DNA from: an uncultured bacterium
GTDB taxonomy: Bacteria > Patescibacteriota > Andersenbacteria > UBA10190 > CAIZMI01
Reading direction: 5' to 3'
NCBI GenBank assembly: GCA_903934015.1
Contig: CAIZMI010000015.1
Span: 424 to 64,423, forward strand
DNA: 64,000 nt
Below the pieces are notes generated by a model that saw only the letters and a list, made by a program, of their open reading frames with translations, ran no database searches and was not told the DNA's origin. How positions within the stretch are numbered: position 1 is the first letter of the stretch; each line of letters opens with the position of its first letter. Shown here one piece after another: positions 43,113 to 51,053 of this stretch. The position numbers were made by a program, and so were the translations under genes.

Positions 43113-45938
43113 TTACGGAACCGTTGGTGGTTTTTTACAGGCGAGGTTTTGCAACGCACTTGCGATTCCCGTATTAGCAAAGAGCGCTTCTAAAGTGGTT
43201 AGTGTTGGTCCCGGAAGAATTGACTCCAGGGTCCCTCTCGCTCCCGGTAAATGGGTCGCCATCGCGATTCCCATTGCGCCCTCGGCTGTAATTCTCGCCG
43301 CGGCTTCCAGTGCCGGTCCGGCCACTTCGAGACGAATCTTGTCGGCTTCGGCTCGCGCTCTTTCGAGCTTGATTTCGATTTCGGCAAGAGCGTCTTCTTG
43401 GGCCTTGTCGATTTCGTTCTTCTTTTGCTGGATATTTTGCTGAAGCTCCGCTTCGGCCTTTTGCGCCTCGCGTTTGGCTGAATCAATTTTGGCTTGAGTA
43501 GTCAGCGTTACCTCCTTTAACTTGGCATCGTGATCCGCGGTAAGTGTAGCCAATGCTTGTTCATTCTCCTTTCTTAACTTGGCCAGGTTGGCGTCGTGCT
43601 CTTGCTTCGTCTTTTCGCGTTCCGCGGATTTTTCATTTGTAACACTCGCCAACTCATCTTTGTGTTCCTGCTCGGTGAGTGCGACTTGCTTGTCAAAATC
43701 TCGCTTAACCGTTTCAGCCTTTTGTCGTTGGTCTTCCCGAAGTTGCGCCAGTTGCGCTTCGCCTTCGACTTGCGCTTTCTGAACCAACCGTCCATTAGCG
43801 GCTTTTGCTGTATCTAGCCTGAATTGCAAGTCGGCAACCAGAGTTGCCAAATCCGCTTCCATTTGCCGGAGAGTTTTTTCTCCTTCCTTTTTTGCTCTCT
43901 CGGTTTGCGAATTCAGCGTCATCGTTTCACCGTCGACGCGCGTTTGGTTTCGTCTTTGCATCAGCAATGCTTCAGCTTTTGCCGATTCCAACGAAGCAGT
44001 CACGACGACACGATTGGTTTCGACTAATTTTCCGGCAATTTCTCGGTCATCCAATTCCGGTTGCCCCAAGACATTGACGTCGTAGACCACCATATTGTTT
44101 TCCAAGAAACGCCAACCTGCACGATGTCCCTCCGCCGGTTTGGGACCGAGAAGCGTATCGCGGATGAATTCCGTGAGTGCTCCGGCGGCTTTCTGTTCGG
44201 CACTAGGGAATAAGTCGCGCATATCTTTCAGTCGGCAAGCGGCGGAAAGACGGCTTCTTGCCGGATCCACCATGAATTGAACGTAATTTCTGAAAGTAAA
44301 CCATTTGCGCCTTTCTTCATCCGTGTCTCCGACAAAACGAACATTGTATGAAAGACGGATTTTGAAACTGACGTTATCGCGAGTAGTAACCCGAAACTCG
44401 TCCGTGACCGTATTTCCGTCAACCGTGAGAAAGAAGGTGGACAGCAGATCGTCGGAATTTTTCTCCCGTCCGCGCGACAGCTTGAGTTCTAGAATTTCCT
44501 CGTCCCACTGCAACAAGACATCGCATTGTCCCGTTACGACCCGACAGTCCGTGCTGGAAGTTACCAGTACCGCTTCGTTTGCTGGAACGGGGACAGAAAT
44601 TGTCCACAACGATCCGACATATTCATTAACCGTCTTTTTGTCCGGACGCGTGTGACCAATCCACCCATTCCATTGGTGTTGGGGGACACGACGCTTTACA
44701 TGGACTCGTTTGCGTGGATCAAGCAAAACCGGTTTTGGTCCTTTTTCGGATTGGACTTGGCCGGTCGCGAGATCTTTTACGTAAATGGCGCTTTTTCCAT
44801 CAACACCGATGGTATCGACGTAGACATTCGCGCGTTCGTTACCGAAATGAGGATCTCTTTTTCCATTGGCGTCCCATGATAGGACGTCAAAGAAATTGGG
44901 TGGCGAAAAACAACCACTCACGCCGTGAACGAAGATTTCTGTTCCGCGCGTGAACTTTTCTCCTTCATCAAACTTCGCTCCTGGGGGTAGAACATTCGCA
45001 AGTTCTTCGCGAGTTGCTTCGGAAGAAGTAATGCGGATAACCAATCCTTGGTCATCGCGTAGGGGATAGTCGCTCATCACCGCATTGCCGTTTTCATCCT
45101 CTCGGAACGTATCGTACGGCCCGGGGATAACGCGACAAGGTCCGTGAATTCTTTGCGACGCGCCGGATGCGAGTTTGAGTTCGCACCACTCGTCATCGCC
45201 GAGAACAACGGCCATCAGCACTTCGTTCTCCTCATCGCCTTCGGCGTCGGGGTTTTTGAGCACTTCTGTACCGCTCGGCGGAATAAAACGTTCGGAAACG
45301 CTTCCCCGAAGGATAATAACCATACCTTCTCTCAAGGATGATGTGGTACTTTCTGGGGCTTGCAAGCTTGCTGTCGCATCGCGTTTTTCCGGTCGTTCGA
45401 TGACGGCTTCGTTTTGCGTGGCGCACTGAAGAAGTGCTTGACAAAACTCAGCTCTCTCATCAACATCACCGACAACTCGCACACGCAAATAATTGTCGGG
45501 TGAGAGCTGAAAAATAGGCTTAATCTCGACTTTTTGGTAAGGCCACTTGGGGAACATGCCCCCTGTGATGGTGCGTGTTTCACCATAACGAATGGTTGGC
45601 ATTTCCCTTTTTCCTCCAGCGTATTTGCCATTTGTGTACTTGAGAGCATCGTTGTCTGTCAGGGGTTCTGCTGGATTGTGAACGATGGCAAAATATCCGG
45701 GTTGAATCATTACCAGCTGAACGAGGGCGGAATCGAAATCGGGTGCAGGACGCAATGCCCATTGACCGGTTTCATGTTCTTCGCAAATCACGATTTGTTC
45801 TTCATCGGAAATAGTATCCTTTGGAGAAGGACCAAAAGCGCATTGCAGTTTTCCTTCTTTGTCCACAAAGGCAATTGAGTAACCCGTGGGAACCGCTCTT
45901 CTTTCAATTTTTCTCAAGGTTATTTCGGTCGCTGCCAT
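43113..45938 (-). CDS. Major vault protein (MVP)-like protein, 941 aa
   Basis: MVP-like beta repeats, SPFH-like shoulder (TDEFRVTTRD...LSYNVRF...KWF...SRL...F.EN...DV) and a long coiled coil; GGAGGA SD before ATG 45938. Confidence 0.82.
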   Translation of the reverse strand: MAATEITLRKIERRAVPTGYSIAFVDKEGKLQCAFGPSPKDTISDEEQIVICEEHETGQWALRPAPDFDSALVQLVMIQPGYFAIVHNPAEPLTDNDALKYTNGKYAGGKREMPTIRYGETRTITGGMFPKWPYQKVEIKPIFQLSPDNYLRVRVVGDVDERAEFCQALLQCATQNEAVIERPEKRDATASLQAPESTTSSLREGMVIILRGSVSERFIPPSGTEVLKNPDAEGDEENEVLMAVVLGDDEWCELKLASGASQRIHGPCRVIPGPYDTFREDENGNAVMSDYPLRDDQGLVIRITSSEATREELANVLPPGAKFDEGEKFTRGTEIFVHGVSGCFSPPNFFDVLSWDANGKRDPHFGNERANVYVDTIGVDGKSAIYVKDLATGQVQSEKGPKPVLLDPRKRVHVKRRVPQHQWNGWIGHTRPDKKTVNEYVGSLWTISVPVPANEAVLVTSSTDCRVVTGQCDVLLQWDEEILELKLSRGREKNSDDLLSTFFLTVDGNTVTDEFRVTTRDNVSFKIRLSYNVRFVGDTDEERRKWFTFRNYVQFMVDPARSRLSAACRLKDMRDLFPSAEQKAAGALTEFIRDTLLGPKPAEGHRAGWRFLENNMVVYDVNVLGQPELDDREIAGKLVETNRVVVTASLESAKAEALLMQRRNQTRVDGETMTLNSQTERAKKEGEKTLRQMEADLATLVADLQFRLDTAKAANGRLVQKAQVEGEAQLAQLREDQRQKAETVKRDFDKQVALTEQEHKDELASVTNEKSAEREKTKQEHDANLAKLRKENEQALATLTADHDAKLKEVTLTTQAKIDSAKREAQKAEAELQQNIQQKKNEIDKAQEDALAEIEIKLERARAEADKIRLEVAGPALEAAARITAEGAMGIAMATHLPGARGTLESILPGPTLTTLEALFANTGIASALQNLACKKPPTVP

Positions 45939-46159
45939 AACTCTAACTCCTCCAAAATTGGGAAACAAAACATCCAACCCTATCGACATGATTAGTTGGA
46001 ACGTCTATTTCTTAACATTTATTATGAATATGGTCAAGAAACGCGGTGGTGCCAAAAAGATGTGCCAAAAGGGCCAATTCTGGTATTCTTGATATATTGT
46101 TCATTGGTGTTCGTTGTTCGTATTCAGCATTCTTCATTCATTATTCATCATTCACGACT

Positions 46160-47248
46160 ATGAATATCGTCATAATGGCAGGTGGTGGCGGAACACGTCT
46201 TTGGCCACTTTCTCGAGATAGTTATCCGAAGCAATTTACGCAGTTATTTGGCAATAAAACCCTTCTTCAGCACACTTTTGATCGAGCATTGAAAATTGCG
46301 GGAAAGCCGGAAAATATCGTGATTACAACACGCACCGCGTTTGTGTCGGAAATTAGAAAACAACTGAAACGTTTGCCAGCTTCAAATATCTTGGTAGAAC
46401 AGGTGAAACGTGATACGGCACCGTCGATTGGTATGGCCGCCGCTTTTTTTGCCTCGAAAGGAAAGCACGACGAGGCGATGATTTTAATGCCGTCTGATCC
46501 ATATTTTAGAAACGAAAAATTGTTTATTAGGACAGTTAAAGCCGCAGGAAATTTTATCGAAAAGAATCCGTCCGCGACGGCTATGTTGGGTGGTGTACCG
46601 ACTTATCCGGAAACTGGTTATGGGTATATTGAAACCGGCACCGACAATAAGTTTTTTCAAGGCGTGGAGTTGTCTTCGGTAAAAAGTTTTCGTGAAAAAC
46701 CAAATTTGGTCACGGCACAACAGTTTATTGCACAAGGTAATTTTGTTTGGAATATGGGTGTGTATGTTTGGCGTGTTGGAACATTATTGGAATTGTTGCA
46801 TAAGTTTGCCCCTGAGATTGCGAAAAAGTTGGATAAAATTGAAGAATTGTATCGGACGAAAAAAACTGGCGCGATTGGTGGCGTTTATGAAAGTATGCCA
46901 AAGATTTCTATCGATTTTGCCGTGACCGAACATCAGAATCCGGCAGATATTTTTGTGGCGCGTGGTGATTTTGGCTGGAGTGATATTGGTCACTGGGGCG
47001 CTTTGCAGGAGCTTGTGGGCGGAAAAGATGGTTTGGAAATGAAAAAAGGGGTTGCGGCACAAATAAATTCATCAAATAACTTTGTCTACAACACTGTGGA
47101 AAAGGCGATTGGGTTGGTTGGGGTGAAAGATTTGATTGTTATTTCGACACCCGATGCGTTGCTCGTTTGCAATAAAAACGATGTACAAGACGTCAAAAAG
47201 ATCGTGGAAATGCTTGGTGCCGATAAAAAGGGTAAGAAGTTTATTTGA
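46160..47248 (+). CDS. manC: Mannose-1-phosphate guanylyltransferase
   Basis: IMAGGGGTRLWPLSR..PKQF, PETGYGYI, FREKP, ISIDFAV, WSDIG. Confidence 0.92.
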   Translation: MNIVIMAGGGGTRLWPLSRDSYPKQFTQLFGNKTLLQHTFDRALKIAGKPENIVITTRTAFVSEIRKQLKRLPASNILVEQVKRDTAPSIGMAAAFFASKGKHDEAMILMPSDPYFRNEKLFIRTVKAAGNFIEKNPSATAMLGGVPTYPETGYGYIETGTDNKFFQGVELSSVKSFREKPNLVTAQQFIAQGNFVWNMGVYVWRVGTLLELLHKFAPEIAKKLDKIEELYRTKKTGAIGGVYESMPKISIDFAVTEHQNPADIFVARGDFGWSDIGHWGALQELVGGKDGLEMKKGVAAQINSSNNFVYNTVEKAIGLVGVKDLIVISTPDALLVCNKNDVQDVKKIVEMLGADKKGKKFI

Positions 47249-48255
47249 TGAAGAATTATGTATTCGGGATTGTTGGCGTATTGATATTATTATTGTTAGC
47301 TAATTTTGGTTACAAGCATCTAAGTAATGCGCCGATAAACTTAAAATCATCGGAGCAAATTGAAGTCACGATTCCTGCCGGTACTGGTTCAAAACAAATT
47401 GTGGCGATCCTAGGTGAGAAACGCTTGGTTAGAAGCAAATGGGGCTTTTTGTTGCAAGAATATTTTCTTGGCGCAAAAGGGAAGTTGAAGGCCGGTGTTT
47501 ACCGTTTTTCGCAATCTGAATCTGGGGCAAAAATTATTAAGCGTTTGGAGGCGGGGGATATTTTACCTCAAGATAATAAGGTGACGATTCCGGAGGGATT
47601 GACTCTAAAGGAGATAGCGCAACGTTTGGAAAAAGCAGGGATAGCATCGGCCGACGAATTTATTTTTGACGCGAAAGTAGAAAAATTTCGCGACAAATTT
47701 GAATTTCTGGCAGACGTGCCAAATGGCAGTTTGGAAGGATATCTTTTCCCGGATACCTACAAATTTTTCAAAAAAACACCGGTTGATGAAGTGATTAGTC
47801 GCATGCTTGAACGTTTCGATGAGCAATTTAAGGTTGCGGCGAAAGAGACGTCGGGACTTGGAACACACAAATTGCACGAGATTGTGACGATGGCTAGTAT
47901 TATCGAGAGGGAAGTAATTACCCCTGATGATCGTCGTGTTGTATCGGGAATTTTGTGGAGCAGAATCGGTCATGGCGTTGCGATGGCGGCGGACGCGACA
48001 ATTCGTTACGCATTAAATAACTGGGATAAACCGCTAACGGTTACGGATCTTAAAACTAATTCGCCGTATAACTCACGCACGAACGCAGGGCTTCCACCTG
48101 GTCCAATCGGTAACCCGGGGCTAGATACACTAAAATCGGCTATGGATCCCAAAGAAACGGACTATTTCTATTATCTTTCCGCGTCGGACGGTACGTCAAT
48201 TTTTTCAAAAACTTTGGACGAGCATAACGCTAATGTTCAGAAGTATTTGAAATAA
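47248..48255 (+). CDS. mltG: Endolytic transglycosylase MltG
   Basis: LKAGVY, VTIPEG, LEGYLFPDTY, ASIIERE, GLPPGPIGNPG. Confidence 0.95.
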   Translation: MKNYVFGIVGVLILLLLANFGYKHLSNAPINLKSSEQIEVTIPAGTGSKQIVAILGEKRLVRSKWGFLLQEYFLGAKGKLKAGVYRFSQSESGAKIIKRLEAGDILPQDNKVTIPEGLTLKEIAQRLEKAGIASADEFIFDAKVEKFRDKFEFLADVPNGSLEGYLFPDTYKFFKKTPVDEVISRMLERFDEQFKVAAKETSGLGTHKLHEIVTMASIIEREVITPDDRRVVSGILWSRIGHGVAMAADATIRYALNNWDKPLTVTDLKTNSPYNSRTNAGLPPGPIGNPGLDTLKSAMDPKETDYFYYLSASDGTSIFSKTLDEHNANVQKYLK

Positions 48256-48345
48256 AAAATTTAGTACCACCCCCGCACAGGTTGAGGAAATAGCCATAGC
48301 GATCGCTTCGGCGTTGTCGATCCGTGTTTGTGTTGACACCAACCA

Positions 48346-48399
48346 GCACCGATCACGGAACGGAGCAACCTTGCTCCGTTCCGTGATCGGACGCGATGG
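48346..48399. repeat. GCACCGATCACGGAACGGAGCA palindrome, copy 2
   Basis: CCGATCACGGAACGGAGCAA-CC-TTGCTCCGTTCCGTGATCGG perfect stem. Confidence 0.75.
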
Positions 48400-48605
48400 T
48401 TCTTACTTAACTTGTGATCGCGTACCAAATGTAAATTTGACAAGATGCAGTATTTGTTATATGCTACATTGTTCCGGTTATTTAGCGTATTCACCGGACA
48501 CGCCCGTAAAGCGGGGGCGACTTCAAAACCCGTTTAGATAGCCGTGATGAACGGTTGTCGAATGTTCTCTAAAAACCGGTGATGAGCCGGAGAAAGAGGT
48601 GAAAG

Positions 48606-49430
48606 ATGACAATGTTGAAAGCCATCAGGAATATGGAAGAGACGGTGGTCAATTTGAGCAACGCTTGTGGCGGTGTGTACAACGTTCGGCTGATTGGCGC
48701 AAGTTTTCCACTTTTTGCTCAGCGGGGAGTTTCTTACGGCACGATTACCGTCAGTTCGCCGGAACCATATTGTTTGGGCGTGATCGCCATTGCAATCGAG
48801 ACTTCGCAAAAGACAAAGCCGTGGGTTTATCGTTTGTTAAGTGTGACCTGGTTGGGAAATCCTGCGCAACTGTGGGTGGATGTTGAGGTCGATTTTCGTC
48901 CGAACTCACTTCGGCTCGGTCAAATCGACACCAACGGGGTCATTGAGGTTCAAGTAGGTGACGATATCTACACGACCGCGAGCCAGAATGGTGGTCGCGC
49001 GGTTGGAAGGATTTCGGCTGACTATGCCTGTGCCTACATGGCCGGGGTTCTGTCCGGTGACGAGATTCGTGCTCGTTCTCAAGAGTTTGAGCAACAGCAG
49101 TCGGAGCTGGAGCAGTTGCGGGTTTTGTGTGCTGAACGTGGGCTGTCTGAAGCGGCCCAGGAGAGATATGTTCGTAGGATTGAGGCAGAGAACAGAGAAC
49201 TCGTTCTGTGTGGCGAGCGGCTTGAGTTGGACAGGTGTTTTTGGAAGGGAATGGCCACGCTCATGTGGCGCAGTCTTGGTTGGATGCGCTTTTTGCTCGG
49301 CAAAAAGGTCAAGGTTGCCGCAACTTTTCATCGTTTTCAGGCGGCGCTTTCTGACAAAGCGCGCTTGGAAAAAAATGAAAACTACGCCTGTTCCATCGCA
49401 GGAAGAACAGACGCTGATTATGAAGGGTAG
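48606..49430 (+). CDS. Hypothetical protein with C-terminal coiled coil (orphan)
   Basis: TTGACA-17-TATGCT at 48437-48465, GAGGT SD, terminator at 49449-49480. Confidence 0.6.
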   Translation: MTMLKAIRNMEETVVNLSNACGGVYNVRLIGASFPLFAQRGVSYGTITVSSPEPYCLGVIAIAIETSQKTKPWVYRLLSVTWLGNPAQLWVDVEVDFRPNSLRLGQIDTNGVIEVQVGDDIYTTASQNGGRAVGRISADYACAYMAGVLSGDEIRARSQEFEQQQSELEQLRVLCAERGLSEAAQERYVRRIEAENRELVLCGERLELDRCFWKGMATLMWRSLGWMRFLLGKKVKVAATFHRFQAALSDKARLEKNENYACSIAGRTDADYEG

Positions 49431-49663
49431 AGTAAGTGGCGGTAGTTTCGGCGAGGACGTCTGTCCCCGCCGTTTTTTTTGTTTTTCTTTTCAAAGAAAA
49501 ACAAACCTCCAAAGCTTTAGCGACGGGGGATTTATCGCCGACCAATCAGTGACCGACCCAGGCGTGCTGGGACGGTCCCCGATTGAGTGCCCCTGAACCC
49601 CTTCGTGTCAACGTCATTGCATAAAACCGAAGGATATTATAAGATACTTCTGCACGCTTCTAT

Positions 49664-49778
49664 AGACCTCTGGCGAACCACGTGATTGCTATCAAGCAAT
49701 TTTACGTGGGAACTACGTGGTCACTCTCAAGTGACTTTACGCGGACGGCGAGAGATCGCCTCATAAGCCCAGACGAGG
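49664..49778 (+). promoter_or_regulatory. Putative L10 leader (rplJL autoregulatory RNA)
   Basis: AGAC-CTCTGG...CCAGA-CGAGG resembles the L10-leader AGAC..CGAGG kink-turn frame; lies between a TTGCAT-17-TAAGAT promoter and rplJ. Confidence 0.6.
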
Positions 49779-49911
49779 AAGTAAATTGCACGAATCTATT
49801 GTTTTTACCGATAGTGGATTCCCGCCTTCGCGGGAATGGTGGAAACAAGAATATTTGAGCAAAAAATGGTCTTAGGATGACGCGTCGCGTCTCATTTTTA
49901 ATTTAGGTCGT

Positions 49912-50436
49912 ATGGCACTAACGAAAGGCGAGAAAAAAGTTCTTGCGTCCGATATTGCTGTAAAGATCAAGGATGCCAAAGGTGCCGCCGTGTTTTCTTT
50001 CAAGAAACTCACGGTGTCTGAGAGCGCCAAATTGCGTCGTGAACTGCGAAAAACCGGTGGCCGTGTACAGGTCATCAAGAAAAGAGTTTTTCGCGCCGCG
50101 GCACAAAGCGTTGGTATCACCGCGGACTTTGCCAAAGTGCAAGGTTCGGTAGCGGTAACCTGGAGCGATTCCGATATGGTGTCGCCGGCCAAAGCCAGTT
50201 TCGATTTCGTGAAAACGCACGAGGGAGCAAGCTTGGTGGCAGGTTTACTTGAAGGAACAGCAATTACGCGCGAGCAAGTAGAGAGTTTGGCTTTGCTTCC
50301 GGGCAAAGATCAACTAAGAGCGATGTTGGTAGGAACCTTAATCGCGCCGGTCAGGGCTTTCGCAGGAGTTCTATCTGGCACCCTAAGGGGATTACCTGTA
50401 GTTTTGCAGGCAATTGCCGATAAGCAGGGCGAATAA
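49912..50436 (+). CDS. rplJ: 50S ribosomal protein L10
   Basis: LTVSES..LRRELR, VIKKR, LALLPG..QLRAMLVGTL.AP. Confidence 0.95.
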   Translation: MALTKGEKKVLASDIAVKIKDAKGAAVFSFKKLTVSESAKLRRELRKTGGRVQVIKKRVFRAAAQSVGITADFAKVQGSVAVTWSDSDMVSPAKASFDFVKTHEGASLVAGLLEGTAITREQVESLALLPGKDQLRAMLVGTLIAPVRAFAGVLSGTLRGLPVVLQAIADKQGE

Positions 50437-50464
50437 TTTAAATCATTAATTTTTACTAAAAAAT

Positions 50465-50878
50465 ATGTCAGACGAAGTAAAAGACGAAGCAGTTGAAGTA
50501 CCAGAGAAGTTTAAAGACATGGTCGCCACCATTGAAAAAATGTCCGTTTTGGACTTGGCGGAATTAGTCAAAGTTTTGGAAAAGAAATTTGGAGTTTCCG
50601 CTGCCGCTCCAATGGCAATGGCCGCTCCAGCCGTCGCTGGCGCAGGCGCTGCCGCAGTTGAGGAAAAAACTGAATTCAATGTTGAATTGACCGGATGTGG
50701 TACAAACAAAATCGCTGTTATTAAGATTGTGCGTGAAATTACCGGTAAGGGTTTGAAGGAAGCCAAAGATATGGTTGACCAAGCTCCACAAGTGGTAAAA
50801 GAAGGCGCAGACAAAGCAACAGCTGAAGATATTAAGAAAAAGTTAGAAGAAGCAGGAGCGACGGTTGTATTGAAATAG
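50465..50878 (+). CDS. rplL: 50S ribosomal protein L7/L12
   Basis: [37 protein letters not shown]. Confidence 0.98.
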   Translation: MSDEVKDEAVEVPEKFKDMVATIEKMSVLDLAELVKVLEKKFGVSAAAPMAMAAPAVAGAGAAAVEEKTEFNVELTGCGTNKIAVIKIVREITGKGLKEAKDMVDQAPQVVKEGADKATAEDIKKKLEEAGATVVLK

Positions 50879-50891
50879 TAAATTGATAAAT

Positions 50892-50929
50892 AAAAAGACG
50901 GTGGGCAATAAAAAGCTCATCGTTTTTTT
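50892..50929 (+). terminator. Rho-independent terminator
   Basis: GACGGTGGGC...GCTCATCGTT followed by a T tract. Confidence 0.6.
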
Positions 50930-50935
50930 ATGTTA

Positions 50936-51048
50936 TTTAATGCCAAATATCTAATTACTAATATCTAATGAAATATCCAAATTTCAAATTTTTACGGAAT
51001 TAAAAACTGATAATTTCATTAGAAATTAGGAATTAGATATTAGAAATT
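50936..51048. repeat. AT-rich degenerate 7-mer inverted repeat
   Basis: AATATCT/AATTACT units facing AGAAATT/AGGAATT/AGATATT units. Confidence 0.65.
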
Positions 51049-51053
51049 ATTTT

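Noticed and set aside
49531-49632. SRP (4.5S) RNA or TPP/ZTP riboswitch
   Set aside because: It lacks the SRP CAGG-GNRA-AGCA motif and the ordered TPP or ZTP consensus blocks, so it is kept only as an unassigned candidate.
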